64,000 nt of DNA, taken from the human T2T-CHM13v2.0 reference genome, Homo sapiens. Where the stretch lies: NCBI RefSeq assembly GCF_009914755.1, contig NC_060928.1, one strand, 5' to 3'. Positions 30,363 through 46,293 of this stretch are shown here, piece after piece. The notes beneath the pieces were generated by a model, which worked only from the letters and a program-made list of their open reading frames with translations, was not told the origin of the DNA and made no database searches. The stretch's first letter is position 1, and every line of letters begins with the position of its first letter. Both the position numbers and the translations under genes were made by a program.

Positions 30363-30661
30363 TCTAAGGTTAGCTAAGGTATTCTAAATCTTTTAGTTAA
30401 GAGACTGGAGACCTTTCTTTGGGAATCATATTACCATAGGAATTTCCAACTTTTAAAAATTAGTAAAGTGCCTAGAGATTAAACAGCAGTTAAAAACACT
30501 TAACAGCTGTGATCATGGAGCCTCTGACCACTAATGTGTACTGAACTTCCTATGTGAGGGTCATCAATCTGTTAAGCAATAGATCCTAAACAGACACAGC
30601 ACTGGGGCTCAGGAGCTTCCAGTCTAGGGCTGGAAGTGAACATTAATTTCCTGTTTATTCA

Positions 30662-30957
<296 letters not shown>

Positions 30958-31221
30958 TAGATTTTCATTCAAATTATTAAAGAACTGAAATGGTTATTAC
31001 TGATACAAAGGAAATGCACTGTCCATCTTCTTCACATACCTCACAGAAGAAACACAGAGCCAAAGAAGGCTTGAGATGAGGAAATATCTCAAAATGCAAA
31101 GCACCTTGCTAGATGCTGAAGGGCAGTGGCTCTCAACATGGAAGCATGTAGGTGTCTTTTATTTTATTCTTAGTAAATACTAATTAAGAAAAGAACCATA
31201 CTGTAATGAATTCAATATAGT

Positions 31222-31522
<301 letters not shown>

Positions 31523-32217
31523 TAAACTTTTAAAGAAACTTGTGTTTTAATAGTCTCAAGAGCGTCTATATATATTAATATTTGAAAAAGAGTCACACAC
31601 ATATAAAACACATGGTGTACATACAGACTGAAATATCACCTGATTCCCAAGAGGTCCGAGGCTAGGAATGACTACAGTGTGTGACAGATATAAAAATGAT
31701 CACCAGAAAGACACTGGAGACATTGCTGTCACCTCAAAGAGCCTTAGTTCTAATGGAGATAAAACAAATGTGCACAGGAGTTTCATATAAGATAGAATGT
31801 AAAACACAAACTCCAGCTCCAAGGCTCAGGAGGGTGTGACATAGTGATGTGGCAGGCAATCAGAGGCTTCATGGTAGAAGCAGTGGAAAAATGGTTCAGC
31901 AACTCTCGTGTAAATATAATAGAAATGTTCTCTTTCGTACCTACAACAAGGTGCTCATATAGAAGATGGAAGAAAGGGTGGCCAGAAATAGCCTATGCCT
32001 GGATTGTTTTCTTAACCTTGGGTATTTAGCCCACAGCATACTTGACAACTGTCAAAGATGTGGTGCCCAGACCCAAGTCAGCAAGCTTGCCCCAAATCAG
32101 GCAGCTATGAAACTGGACTAAGTCACATATTCTTCTAGTCACACATTCAGGCTAAGGACATTTGGCTCCTACCTGACCAGAGCCGTGGTCTCCATGCTGA
32201 GATATAACTTAAATTTT

Positions 32218-32305
32218 TATTTGGTAACAGTCACTTTTCAAGATAAATGTGCATCTACAAGATTTGTATTTGGTAACAGTCACCTTTCAAGACAAATGCA
32301 TCTAC
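32218..32305 (+). repeat. Local tandem duplication (about 49-bp period)
   Basis: TATTTGGTAACAGTCAC(T/C)TTTCAAGA(T/C)AAATG..CATCTAC twice. Confidence 0.9.
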
Positions 32306-33194
32306 CCACCTGTGAGGCCATTTAGTGAGACTGAAGAGGAAGCCTGAATACAAACCACTAGAGAAAAACACTGTCTTATCAACAAGATTTTACTCTAGAA
32401 AAAAAGAGAAAAATATTCAATCATATTTATAATTAAATTAGTATTTTTTTTAAATCAAGCATTCCTGAATATTTTCCTTGGGAAAAAAAAGCGTGGAAAA
32501 TTACTTAACAAATGTCAATCCAACCGTCAATCACGAAAAGGGTTTTTTGCAAGGTAGCTGGATCATATAAGCTTTCTGTGGTTCCTTCCTATCCCTATCC
32601 TCAGTTCCACAGTTCCTTGACCATAGGAGTCATCATGAAAATTATGAAGATTTTATACTTACAAATAAACAAGCAAAAGCTCATTTTCTCCAAGATTCCA
32701 TTTCAGTTAGTAACTAATTCGTATACACATTAGATGAAAAATGTTCTAATTCAATACAATTACGGGAAACAAAAAAAATTGCTCATTAAAGTCAATGAAC
32801 TGCAGATTAATAAGAGTACTTGGAACTCATGATTTTTTTTTTTAAAAGAAAACTATGAGATACACAGGAAAAGTAATGATAGAAAAGGCCCTAATACTGG
32901 AGCCAAAGGATTCTCAGCCTTTCCTGGCTCCATGACCTTGGGAAGTTTCTTCCACTGAGATGGTTTCTCATCTGCACAATGAGTTCGGGTAACTTGATGA
33001 GCTCTGAGTTTTTCTAACACTCTCTAGTTTAAGAATCTGGAAGGAAGGCTATATACTTTTTTCTGCTTAACAACATGTCTCAAAAAAGCTGTATAATAGA
33101 ATCTGTACAATTAATTTGAGATCTCTAGAAATTAATATTTTTATGGAGTTGCTAGCAACTAAAAGACTTGATGTCCAACATACAACAGACAATC

Positions 33195-33871
33195 TTTGGA
33201 CACATAAAAGAATTCTAAGATGGCCCTAAGATTCCTGCATCCTGATGCACATGCTCTGAACAGTTCCCTCCCCCAACTATAGGCAAGACCTAGAAATATC
33301 CTATTGTGATTATGTTGCATTGTAAGGTGAAGGGATTTTACGTTATTTATTTACTTATTTTTATCTCTGAATTCTGAGCTTCAAAGGATTTTACATATTT
33401 AATTAAGATCCATAGTCAACTGTTTTTGTTCTAATTTAAAAAGAGACTATTCTGTATTCTGGATGGGCCTGACCTAATCAGGCAAGCTCCTAAGAGAGAA
33501 GCAGCAGCAGATATTCCCATGCTGGCCCTGAAGAAGTAAACTGCCATGTACAAAAGGAGGCCACACAGCAAGGACCAAAGGGCAGCCTCTGGGGATGGAA
33601 AGTGAGCCTGGCTTATATCTAGCAAGAAAACAGGGACCTCATCACACAACCCCAAGGAAATGAATTCTGCCGACAAGTGTGCTTGGAAGAGGACCCCATG
33701 TCTCAGAAGAGATCACAGTCAAGGCTGAGCTCTTGATTTCAACCTGGTGAGACTCCCAACAGAGCATGCAGCTCATCCATATTCAGAGTTCTGACACACA
33801 GAAGCTATGGACGTTGTTTTAAGCTGCTACATGTGTCATTATTTGTTATGCGGCAATAGAAAACTAATATA
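33195..33871 (+). mobile_element. MLT1 LTR
   Basis: AATTCTAAGATGGCCC...GGATGGGCCTGACCTAATCA...TTTGTTATGCGGCAATAGAAAACTAATA. Confidence 0.85.
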
Positions 33872-33927
33872 AGACACCTAGGTTTTTTGGAACAAAACCA
33901 GGAACTACTTGCCTATTTCACCACTAG

Positions 33928-34232
<305 letters not shown>

Positions 34233-34413
34233 TAGCTGGAACTTTCTTAGTCTTTTCTAGTTCATGCATTTCTGGAAAGGATTCCCCATCTCCTCATTAT
34301 TTCTTTTGCATCCACTTTGGATTCATTTACTTTTCTACAACTCTGGCTGGAGAGAGCAGCGGTAGCCAACCCACTATGGGCATGAGAGAAAAGGAAGAAT
34401 GCCCACACAGGAC

Positions 34414-34428
34414 CCACGAGGGGGCACT
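34414..34428 (+). promoter_or_regulatory. CTCF motif
   Basis: CCACGAGGGGGCACT versus consensus CCACCAGGGGGCGCT. Confidence 0.65.
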
Positions 34429-34769
34429 GCAGAGCCAATGAGTGTCCAACTTGGGTACAACTGTTTGTTTCAAGGATGCATAATACCAAGGAGGGGAAAG
34501 TTTGGGACAGTGTCAAAAACAGTAGAAATTATAGCCCTAAAGTTAGATAGATCTCTTCTTTATTTTGTGCAATCTAATGAATTGTGCTTGTGGTCTCAAG
34601 GCTTAACTGCTGCACATGGGCACAAAATGAAATTTGAATTGTATAGCTTTGGGTATAAGGACCAAAGAAGGCAATAAGAAATGTCCAAAGGCACTATTTC
34701 CCCAACTCAGGCTTTTTCTCAAATCTATTCCAGCTTCCAATCTCTTTTCTTGACTAGGAGATATTTCAA

Positions 34770-34952
34770 GTAAGTTTCTTGAAGTGGGATGAGAGAACCA
34801 CCTGCATTAGATTCATTTAGAAATTCTTGTTAACAATGAAGATTCTTGGGCCCAATTAAAGACCCCGCTGAATCAGAATCTCTCTGGGATGAGACTCAGG
34901 GAATGCACATTTATAACACACTGAATCTTCTGCACACTAAATCTGCAAGCCA
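34770..34952. mobile_element. MER5-type MITE
   Basis: CCTGCATTAGATTCA...GATTCTTGGGCCC...CTGAATCAGAATCTCT. Confidence 0.7.
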
Positions 34953-35054
34953 ACAATCTACCTTGGCCAAGCCCATCCTTTTATAAATGAAGAACATGAG
35001 GCCAAGTAACTTGTTTATAGTGCTAGGGTTAGCAAGAAAGAGAATCAGAATTAG

Positions 35055-35285
35055 CTTTGGGAGGCTGAGGCGGGCGGATCACGAGGTCAAGAGATTGAGA
35101 CCATCCTGGCCAACATGGTAAAACCCCATCTCCACTAAAAATACGAAAATTAGCTGGATGTGGTAGCACACGACTGTAGTTCCAGCTACTTGGGAGGCTG
35201 AGGCAAGTGGAGGTTTACAGTGAGCTGAGATCGCACCACTGTACTCTGGCCTGGCGACAGAGTGAGACCCTGTCTCAAAAAAAAA
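35055..35285 (+). mobile_element. AluSc-like, truncated with internal deletion
   Basis: GATCACGAGGTCAAGAGATTGAGACCATCC; lacks the GGAGAAT...AACCC segment. Confidence 0.9.
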
Positions 35286-35652
35286 GACAGAGCAAGCCAG
35301 AATTAATTCGAATCCAGAATGATGTAAAATCTACTGATGTTGATTGGGAAGCTGAAAATGAATCAGTGTTGTTACATTTTCCCCACTAATATTCTCCTCC
35401 ATTAGTACAGATAATTAAGCATTAAAGATAAAATGACTTCGTAGTGACAGCAATATGCAAACACATTAAGGAAAAAAATTCCACTTCACAAAGGTCTGTG
35501 ATTAGTTCATTTGGGTTGTATGCATGGTCTCTGCTACCAACAGACAATGAGGCCACCATGATGATGTACCTCATGTGGTCTGCCCATACTCACTCCAATT
35601 GGAGCCCCTGTAATTCTTCCACTGCAGCAGTTACATTCTTGTTTGGGGGCTA

Positions 35653-36638
<986 letters not shown>

Positions 36639-36861
36639 TCACTTATCCAAATGCAGCAAGTACAAAAGTAGCAAACCATTCCCCCTCAACATGTGACAGG
36701 CTCCTGCCATGTACCTGGACTTTAAGGAGTCACTCTGTCCTCTCTAGGGAACTGCGATGGCCCTTTGTCATGCCCTTCTAGCCTGACCTGCAGGGTGAAG
36801 GTGGATAAGTATGAAGGCAGACATGGGGGACCCATTACCTAGATTTGGGGCTATGAAAATA

Positions 36862-37090
36862 CTAAGCAGCTGACATTTTATTGAGCACGTACCATGAATT
36901 AACTAGATGCTGTTCTAAGTACTTCATGTCTATTACTCATTTAATTCTCAAAATTCGCCATTTCACAGTCCAGGGAAATGAGGAACAGGGAGGCAAAGTG
37001 ACTTGCCTCGGTTCATAGAAATAAATGGTGGTGCTGGGATTCAAGCCCAGGCAGTCTTGCTCCACGGCCTGTGCTCTTAACCATCACACT
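36862..37090 (-). mobile_element. MIR
   Basis: ACATTTTATTGAGCAC...AAGTGACTTGCC...GGGATTCAAGCCCAGGCAGTCT. Confidence 0.8.
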
Positions 37091-37396
37091 ATTCATTCTC
37101 CCTTCAGAACAGACACCAGAGCAAAGATGATTTAAAAGTGTTCTTACAGTAATCTACCCTCACATCCATATTCTGAAGAGTACTGTTTCTCGAAAAAAGA
37201 ATGAAATGCACATTTTTATAATTTAAATGTAAAATATTGGGAAATAGCAGATATTTCACAGAAATTCTCTTCCCTATCATTCTAGGAGGTAGGTAAATAT
37301 TATTTCTCTCAGTAGTGGACAAAACAGCTAAAGCTGACTTAGTACAATGTCACAGGGAGTCCAAGTTTCTTAACGAAGAGTCCTGTTAATTATGAC

Positions 37397-37687
37397 TTTT
37401 TTTTTTTTAAAGACGGAGTCTCACTCTGTTGCCCAGGCTGGAGTGCAATGGTGCCACCTCTACTCACTGCAACCTCAACATCCTGCATTCAAGCAATTCT
37501 CCTGCCTCAGCCTCCTGGCTAGCTGTGACTACAGGTGCATGCCACCATACCCCGCTAATTTTTGTATTTTTGGTAAAGACGGGGTTCCACACGTCGGCCA
37601 AGCTGGTCTCGAAATCCTGAACTCAAGTGTTCCTCCCGCCTCGGCCTCCCAAAGTGCTGGGGATACAGGCGTGAGCCATTGTGCCTA
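37397..37687 (-). mobile_element. Alu (S/J)
   Basis: Antisense full Alu. Confidence 0.92.
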
Positions 37688-38742
37688 ACTTCTTTTAAAC
37701 TATGGTGTTTTTGATCCCTGAATCATGAGGTTTCTTGTAAGGGAAAAAAATTTGTAATTGCAAAACTGCTAGTGAGTTCAATGGTTAATTAAATGATCCA
37801 AAGAGAATCCATCGTCAGCAACCATCTGGTTAAAGTGCTGGGGGTGGACTAATCCTCAGACTATGCAAAACTTGGTTTTGATCTTTAGAAGCAAAAGAAA
37901 GCAGCAGTGCACAACTACCTGTGCAAGGGATGGCCGGATGAGGTTTGGAAGCTGAGGGCTCATCAGTATACATACTGTACGACACAGACACAGAAACCCT
38001 TTCTCAGTAGAAGCAGGGCAATGGTTGTCATGGATGAAATGCCAGGAGCTGCTCTCCTGGGAAGCTGGCCAGTGTCTGGATCGTTAACATTTGTGTGTCT
38101 TACAAAAGTTCATGTGACTGAGCCCAGAGTCGGTTACCTTTTGAGTGAGTTCAGAGTCTTCCTTCTACCTTTCAGGGAACTTAAAGGACTTAATTTCTGA
38201 GAAAAACAGAAGTTGATCATGGAAAATAAGCAACAATTTTGGGATTTTGAAAGAAGTTAAGTGGTCCCTGGCCAAAGGAACTCCTCCACCAAAGAAAGGA
38301 AGGGTGGGGGGTCAGGGAGGTCAGGGAGGCCAAATTCCCTGACACTCCCACTCAAGAACATTTTATTCTGTGAAAAGAATACAGGCCAGAAATGGTTTTC
38401 TGGTTCACCATGGAGTGATAAGCGTTCTTCTAGAGCTATCTAGGCCCCTGGAACCCTCAAGGAGTGGAGTAACAGCTAACAAGTAGCAAAGGGGCAAAGA
38501 AAAACTGCCCAGACAAAGCTGGGAATTCAGTGCATTGCTTATTCTTATTTATTTATTTATTTTTTGGTAAAGAATAGTTTGCATAAAGAGGCTGACATAC
38601 CCCAGTTCTCATGTTGTGGGGAGTATATGAAATTAATTTTAAAAATACGTGGTACTAGATATTTTTTTAAATCACACCCTCTTGGTGAACACCGTATTTA
38701 GCATTTACATAACAGTTTTGATCTCTGTTGTAGTTACAGATG

Positions 38743-39027
38743 ATTTTTTTTTTGAGACAGGGTCTCACTCTCTTGCCCAGGCTGTAGTGCAGTGGTGTGA
38801 TCATGGCTCACTGCAGCCTCAACCTCGTGGCTCAAGTGATTCTCTCATCTCAACCTCTCAAGTAGTTAGAACTACAAGGCACCACCACACCCAGCTAATT
38901 TATTTTTTTGTAGAGATGGGGTTTCACCATATTGCCCAGGCTGGTCTCAGACTCCTGGGCTCACATGATCCTCTTGCCTCAGCCTCCAACGTGTTGGGAT
39001 TACAGGCGTGAGCCACTGTGTCCAGCC
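38743..39027 (-). mobile_element. AluJ
   Basis: Antisense Alu; flanks CAGATGA. Confidence 0.92.
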
Positions 39028-40087
39028 CCAGATGACTTTAAATTTTACGTTTATCTATGTTTCCTAACTTTGTCTTCAATGAGTATGTCTTTTCTTAAAA
39101 AAAAAATGCAGTTAATAAATTAATAAAATTTCAATCTATCTATTTAATTATTGAAAAATAATTAAACAACCCAGTGGTAGGAAGCTATGTTTAATTGAGT
39201 TACCTATGGTCCATTTCAGCAGGATTATTTATTCTTAGTAGAAAAGTAGAGCTTTTCAGGCGGTTACATGAAGAACTGTAGGACCTAAGTATGCAGCAAC
39301 AGAGAGCACAGGGCCAATTGTGGGGTGGCTCTGATGAAGACAAGTCTTTTCACGTTAGTATTGATTTCATTATCTTTTAAAACCCACTTTAGTTATATTG
39401 AATTTCATGTTCAATACACTGACTAATCCACAAACTGTAATAAAGGGGAAAACAAAAACCAGGTCCATTTCAGTCATTAGTAAAGGCAGATTTCTTACCA
39501 GAAACACTGAAATTAAAATAGTATTTTTTTATTCTGTTGCAATTTCACCACACCAACTCTCTAAGTATTAAAACAACAGAAAGATAATGACACAAAATTA
39601 TCCAAATTTGAGTTAGAACAAAGCTGGGGAAAAAGATGAGTATCAGTAATTTCTAGAAAGTTGAGCAAAGCATTTCTAGATATAGGTCAAATTGGGCAAG
39701 AAAAACATCACTGATAATAAGCTTGCTGATCCAAATTATCTTAAGTACAGACTTTTTCAACTCCGGTAATAGGTTGTCCCAGAGAAGAAATAAGTGACAC
39801 ATAAATAACAAAAGAGAAGTTTTGTAAGGGCTCCTAGTTCTATTTGAAAAACCTTTAAGCTCCACAGATCACAATTTTCAAACTTCAATACCTGACCACA
39901 CAAGAAAGCCAAAAACTTGAATTTGAGACAATCTTCTCAAGCTACTCCATCAACTCAAAATTATTTATTTCCTCCATTTATGATTCCCCTGCCAGTCTAA
40001 TAAAATAGTAAGGCTAAAAAAATTCCAAAACAATCCAGAAGCAAGATATAACCAATGAAATACTGTACGTAATAAGAGACTACTTAC

Positions 40088-40220
40088 GCTCTCTGGTTGT
40101 CACCATGCAATCCACTCCCAACTCATCTGCTACCAGCATCCTCCAGGTTTTTGAGCTACATTTCTCAGTAGTTTTCTATCCTTCTTCACATGACTCCAAA
40201 ACAGCTTCCCATTCAAAGCA
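40088..40220 (-). other. Candidate alternative first or 5' exon of a minus-strand gene
   Basis: GAGC|GTAAGT donor at 40082-40087; unique sequence; ATG at 40139 opens MLVADELGVDCMVTTRE up to the donor; 5' boundary unknown. Confidence 0.4.
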
Positions 40221-42167
40221 AAATAAACAGCTTCATGTGTAAACAAGAATTTAGTGAATTAGCCCAAGTAGAATCAGATTTTGTGTGGGAGAGTACACAT
40301 AATGCACACATACTCATTTGCCTGGACATTACATTGCTGAAGTTCCACGTGCAAATGGTATCAATGCTTCCTTGTCTGGATGAGCTGGGAACGAGGCCAC
40401 TAGGAAAAATGTGTTCATACTGAACTGCCTCCAGTTTGAAAGACACTGATGCAGGATCTGACTTACTCCATTCAAGAGCTGAGATCTAGAAACAGGGACA
40501 TCTGGTCCTGGAATCTACTGCATTAATCCATCACTCATGAGTGCCACCTAAATAGCAAAGTCCCTTACACAGCCCTCGTGAAAGCACTGAAGAAATCATT
40601 CAAAAAGATCTTTATTTCAAATTGCTTGAATAAACATGCAGGTGTAAAATAATGAAAAATTATTAAGATAAATTTAGGAAACAAAGATTCTTTCCAAGGT
40701 TCTTAACCGTCAATACGGCAAAGGAGTACGACAGGAATGGGGGAAATTGATTTTGTGAAAGGCTATTAAAGAGAGTGCTATTCTCATCAGAAAGTCCCTC
40801 CCCTTTTAAAATGTAATCAATAATTTAAAGCAAAGCCAAAAATCACATCAGTTAAAAGGACCAGGACATTTCTTTTTGCACAGTATAGGAGGAAAATTAA
40901 ATTAGTGTCTCTTAAGAAATTACTATTATCCTTAAGAGAAGTAGTAGGTAAAAATTTTAACTCTTTTCCACAGCTTGCCATTTTACTCACTTTAAAAGAA
41001 AGGGTTCAAAGTTAAACAATATGATACTAAGCATATCATCAAAATAATAATAAATTTCTTTTATTACTCAGATATCTGATTTCCTGCCAAAGTTTAAAAG
41101 ATTTATTTAAAACTTAACAGGCACAAAACATACTTCAGCATTTGGCAGAAGTTGTTTTCTTTCTCAGTTTAGCAATTTTTAAAATGTAAAGTTACACAAT
41201 CATCAGCGGGAAGGTCTGACGGTTTGATTACAAATTATACTGAACCTATTCTTCATTTTAATGTGCCTCGTTCTCTTTAAGTATTGATTTGTGCCTAAAG
41301 GATAAGATGGTCTATTTCATATTTCATTTTTTTTTAGATTTGACCTTTCAATCCAATGGCTAACTCTTTGAAATGTATTTAAAATTAGATAGTCATCTTT
41401 TCTGCAAAATGAAGGACTGCACACAGTCTCTGTGTGTCTAACTCTCCGAACTAGGACGTGAGAATTCTCATGAGGGTTCTGGTTGATGGCCACAAAATGG
41501 AAAAGGCAGAAGAGCTTCGGTAAGTAGATATGTACCATCATGTTTGTGAGTGCCCTGTTTCTAGAACTCTTTTAAACTATAAATGATTCTGTGAGCTATT
41601 AAGCCTCTCTCTAAGAATCTAGCAGATTCATCCTAAGCATGTGTTGAATGGTCACCTCTCTAGAATGGAGCAGAAGGGAATTAGAAAGGAGAGAAGGGTA
41701 AATAAAAGTTAAGGTCCCTCGAATGCTAAGATTTCATGGTCTTCCACCATATTAAAATGAGATTTTTATATTCAAACATTAGTGTTCACCAGATAAAATT
41801 GATCTCTCCAAACCTCGCTGTCCTTGTCTGAAATATACGAATAATTACAAGCAGGATTATTTTGTGAACTAAATGAGATAATGGAAATGATCAGACTGTT
41901 CATATGGTGAGAAACAAATGGTCACCATGACTAAGTGACTATGCCCCAAGGATAACTCAAAGCCAATTCTGTCACAAGAATTCCAAAGTCATATCAAAGC
42001 CACACACAATCCCAACAGCACCAGATCCAGACTTAACCCAAATGTGTTATTCCCATTGCACTTGTGCTGGAAGTCTTTATTTTGATGCATATGTACTTGA
42101 ATTCAAGTTAATTAAAGTTTACTACTTCCCAACAACCCACTGTTTTGTTTTAAAATGCCAGGGGCTA

Positions 42168-42493
<326 letters not shown>

Positions 42494-42559
42494 GCCAGGG
42501 GCTACTATGCGGTATAAATATAATTAATATTACTGTGACGAATGATAAATAAATAATGA

Positions 42560-42873
<314 letters not shown>

Positions 42874-43861
42874 CCAGAGTACTTTTTTTCTAGAATTTGC
42901 AATGTTCATAAAGTGGGTGAGAAACAAACTGATAACCTAACTCCCTCTTCCACCTCACTTACTGATACACAGTATTAACAGTCTCGTATAGGAGGCAGCT
43001 ATCCCATGTTGCGATGCCTTGCCTCTTCCTATACTTTTCAGTGGCTTGGTGGCAAAAGGAAAAGCCAAGCAAAGCTCAGAGAGAATGGTTTTCCCCCTCA
43101 ACTGGTCACTGATCACACTAGATTGAACATGAGAAATGGCTTCCAGAGGTAGATGCCTCCTCTGCAGAAAACGTTCATTTCCTGGGAGCAAAACCAAAAT
43201 CTCTGCATCTAAAAATCTATGCCTCCCAAAATTATGGGCTTTATGTCACCACTTAGCTTTTGTAAAAACAATGTGCAGATGAGCTTAGAGGAAATCAATA
43301 AAATGCAAGAGTTTTTAATTTCCCTTGAGTAGAAGGAGAAACTACATTTTTTTTTCCCAAATCCATCCCAGATGTGGCCAGTTTTCCAAACTAGCTACCT
43401 ATTTGCTTTGTTAATTTGCTTGTTTGGTTATTTATTCTCTACTGTACTCCAATAAACAATTTATCATGATGTGCAGAGGTGCATGCACTGCACAGACTGA
43501 TACAGCCCCCTACTGAGTCCAGGTCTCGCTGTCCCAAGCTTTAAGCTGATCTCTGTGTCATCCGAGCCTCGTCGGAAGGGGAATGTGTTTGTTTAGGGGC
43601 AGTGTCGCAGACAACATATTCATAGATTAAATATTGCAAACCAGACTTCCTAATCCAATGGCAGCAAGATAACAATCACTGGGTATTCAGGAAAAGCAAC
43701 TCTGGGCCTCAAAGAGATCTTCAATAAACTGTCTGCTCAACTGGGAAAGAAAAGAAGAAAACTAAAGAGTACATATAAAACGCTAAAACTTATAGAGAGG
43801 AGCCTTTTATTAAATGATACCTGGGTTGCTGCTCCACAAGGGTTCTCAAAAGCGGGAGTGA

Positions 43862-43966
43862 TACAATGTGGAAACCACCCAAGTGTCCATCCATAGATGA
43901 CTGAATAAGCAAAACGTGGTATATACAGACAGTGGAATATTAATTACTCAGCTTTAAAGTGGAAGG
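43862..43966 (+). mobile_element. Old L1 (L1M) 3' fragment
   Basis: GGAAACCACCCAAGTGTCCATC...AAAACGTGGTATATACA...GGAATATTAATTACTCAGC. Confidence 0.8.
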
Positions 43967-43967
43967 G

Positions 43968-44089
43968 GTCTATGGCCATAAAACCCTGAACTTGCCAGAT
44001 CTCATCTGATGTGGGAAGCTAAGCAGGGTCAGGTCTAGTTAGAACTTGGATGGGAGACCACCATGAGAATACCAGGTGCTATAGGCTTT
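43968..44089 (+). pseudogene. 5S rRNA pseudogene (RNA5SP class)
   Basis: Colinear with the 121-nt human 5S (GTCTA..GGAAGCTAAGCAGGGTC..TTGGATGGGAGACC..GGCTTT); about 17 substitutions and 1 insertion by manual alignment; CpGs lost. Confidence 0.95.
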
Positions 44090-44157
44090 CTCTCTTTCTT
44101 CTCTCTCTCTCTCTCTTTCTCCCCTCCCCTCTTGTCTCTCTCTCTCTTTCTCTCTCC
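44089..44157 (+). repeat. (CT)n / pyrimidine tract
   Basis: Directly follows the 5S 3' end. Confidence 0.9.
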
Positions 44158-44819
44158 AGCTGTTGTTGGACATCAGAAGAATATTCCAGTTGTATCCGGT
44201 GTCTACCGTGAAAAAAAGTGTTCTTTTTTGCAAAAGTGCCAGAAAGGAGTGGTGAGATTCATCCCAAGCCAATCATTTCTCATGAAAGACACTGTGCCAT
44301 AACCGCTTTTCACACACACAAGAAAGGAGAAAGGGAGGAAGGCAGGGAGAAACTCAGCAAACAGCTCAGGATTTCCACAGCCTACCATTCCAAACCTTTC
44401 GCACTTCCAGAAGGCTTCTTGATGGAGTTGTGGCAAGCTCATGGGGGAAATGCTTCACCCCAACGTAACCCAGACCAAATATGCCATTGCACAGGAAATG
44501 GGTGCTGAGTCCAAGTGTGTCCATATGAGCAAAGTAACACAGATTAAACAGTGATTCATTTCATACCAAACTGCATCCGTCATTTTAAAAACTGTGTCAT
44601 CATCCTACTCCAAACTGTATGTGGCATCTTCTCTTCCTCTTCTGCCAAGCAGAGCAAAGACTCTAGGTTACAGCTCATGAAGGTGTAAATTGGGTTGATA
44701 TGCTCTATGGAGGCAAATGGAGGAAAAAGAAAGGAAGGAAACCCTGAATGGGGGTTGGGGGCAGGGAGGGGTAAGATTTACTCTGCTAACTACATAGATT
44801 TCTGGTCATTTTGGACTGA

Positions 44820-45135
44820 GTTTCTTTTTTTTTTTTTTTTTTTTTTTTTGGAGGCAAGGTTTCACTCTGTTGCCCAGGTTGCAGGGCAGTGGTGCAATCT
44901 TGGCTCACTGCAACTTTCGTCTCAGCCTCCTGAGTAGCTGGAACTACAGATGTGTGCCACTACGCATGGCTAATTTTGTTGTGTGTGTGTGTGTTTTGCT
45001 TTTTTTTTTTTTTTTTTTTGTAGAAATGAGATCTCACCATTTTGCCCAGGCTGGTCTCGAACTCCTGGGCTCAAGAAATCTGCCTGCCTTGGCCTCCCAA
45101 AGTGCTAGGATTACAGGTGTGAGCCACCGTGCCTT
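44820..45135 (-). mobile_element. AluJ with internal deletion and TG/T-expanded linker
   Basis: Antisense Alu arms recognisable. Confidence 0.9.
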
Positions 45136-45987
45136 GCTGGGTTTTGATTTTTAAATTTTTTATTTTGCTTCCTGGTATTGATTTTTAAAAGTCCCCTGGA
45201 AAATGCCTTGCATTTAAAAACCCTCACACCCCTTACGATAACCTATTCTGTCCCTAAAATTAAGACTATAACTTTCAAAACACTTTAGATGAAATTGTGC
45301 TAGGCCAGAGTAAGTGATCCTATTTATTTTTTTAAAAATATGTATCCAAAAAGTACAGGGGGAAAAAAAACCTATAGTGTTCTAACTATAGCAATTTCCT
45401 CCTGCTTTTATCCCTGTGTCTGAAGTGAGGTCATTTTTGTTTGTTTTTGGCAAGTGAACAGAGAAAAGAAGAAAGAAAAACACACACACACACCCTAGAC
45501 TTTTCACCCCCTCCTCCTAAAACAGACACACTTGTTAATTTACAGCTTTGAAAATCATCTGGGTAGTTCTTCCATAATTCACCATCTTCCTTGGTTTTCT
45601 AGGATTTTTTTTAGAACCTTCAGACCCCAGAGGGCATTTCACTTGAAGATGCTACTCGTCTCATCCCTTCAGAAGGTGGGCTGAGGTTTCCTTAAGAATC
45701 TTCTATGAGAGTGGTCTGCAATTAGAAAGTTATAACAATTCTACCTGTGAGGGTGTTCTACAATCAGAACACTGCTCTCACTCTCCCTCCTCCTCCCCAT
45801 CTCTCTCTCTCACACTCACGCACAGACACCACACACACCACACTCACACTGAAATTAAGAGTGAAAAATGTTAAGGCTAAAAATACTACAGAGAGAAAAG
45901 CATCTTTGCTAACACTTAATACTCAGAACAACTTTTTGAAAGTGAAAATGACGATGCTTTACCTGACTGATTATCAATGCAGCTGCC

Positions 45988-46293
45988 TTTTTTGTTTGCT
46001 TGTTTTTAAGAGACAGGGTCTCACTCTGTTGCACAAGCTGGAAGCCAGTGGCATAATTATAGCCTTGACCACCTGGGCCCAAGTGACATCCTCTGCCTCA
46101 GCCTCCCGAGTAGCTGGTACTAAAGGTGCACGGCACTACACTTAGCTAATTTTATTTATTTATTTATTTTTGGTAGAGATGGGGGGGAGGTCTTTCTATG
46201 TTGCCCATGCTGGTCTCAAACTCCTAGCCTCAAACTATCCTCCCACCTCAGCCTCCCAAAGCACTGGGATTACAGGTGTGAGCCACTGCACCA
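45988..46293 (-). mobile_element. AluJ
   Basis: Antisense Alu. Confidence 0.9.

Noticed and set aside
43968-44089. Functional 5S rRNA gene
   Set aside because: About 15% diverged, isolated copy, no rDNA repeat context
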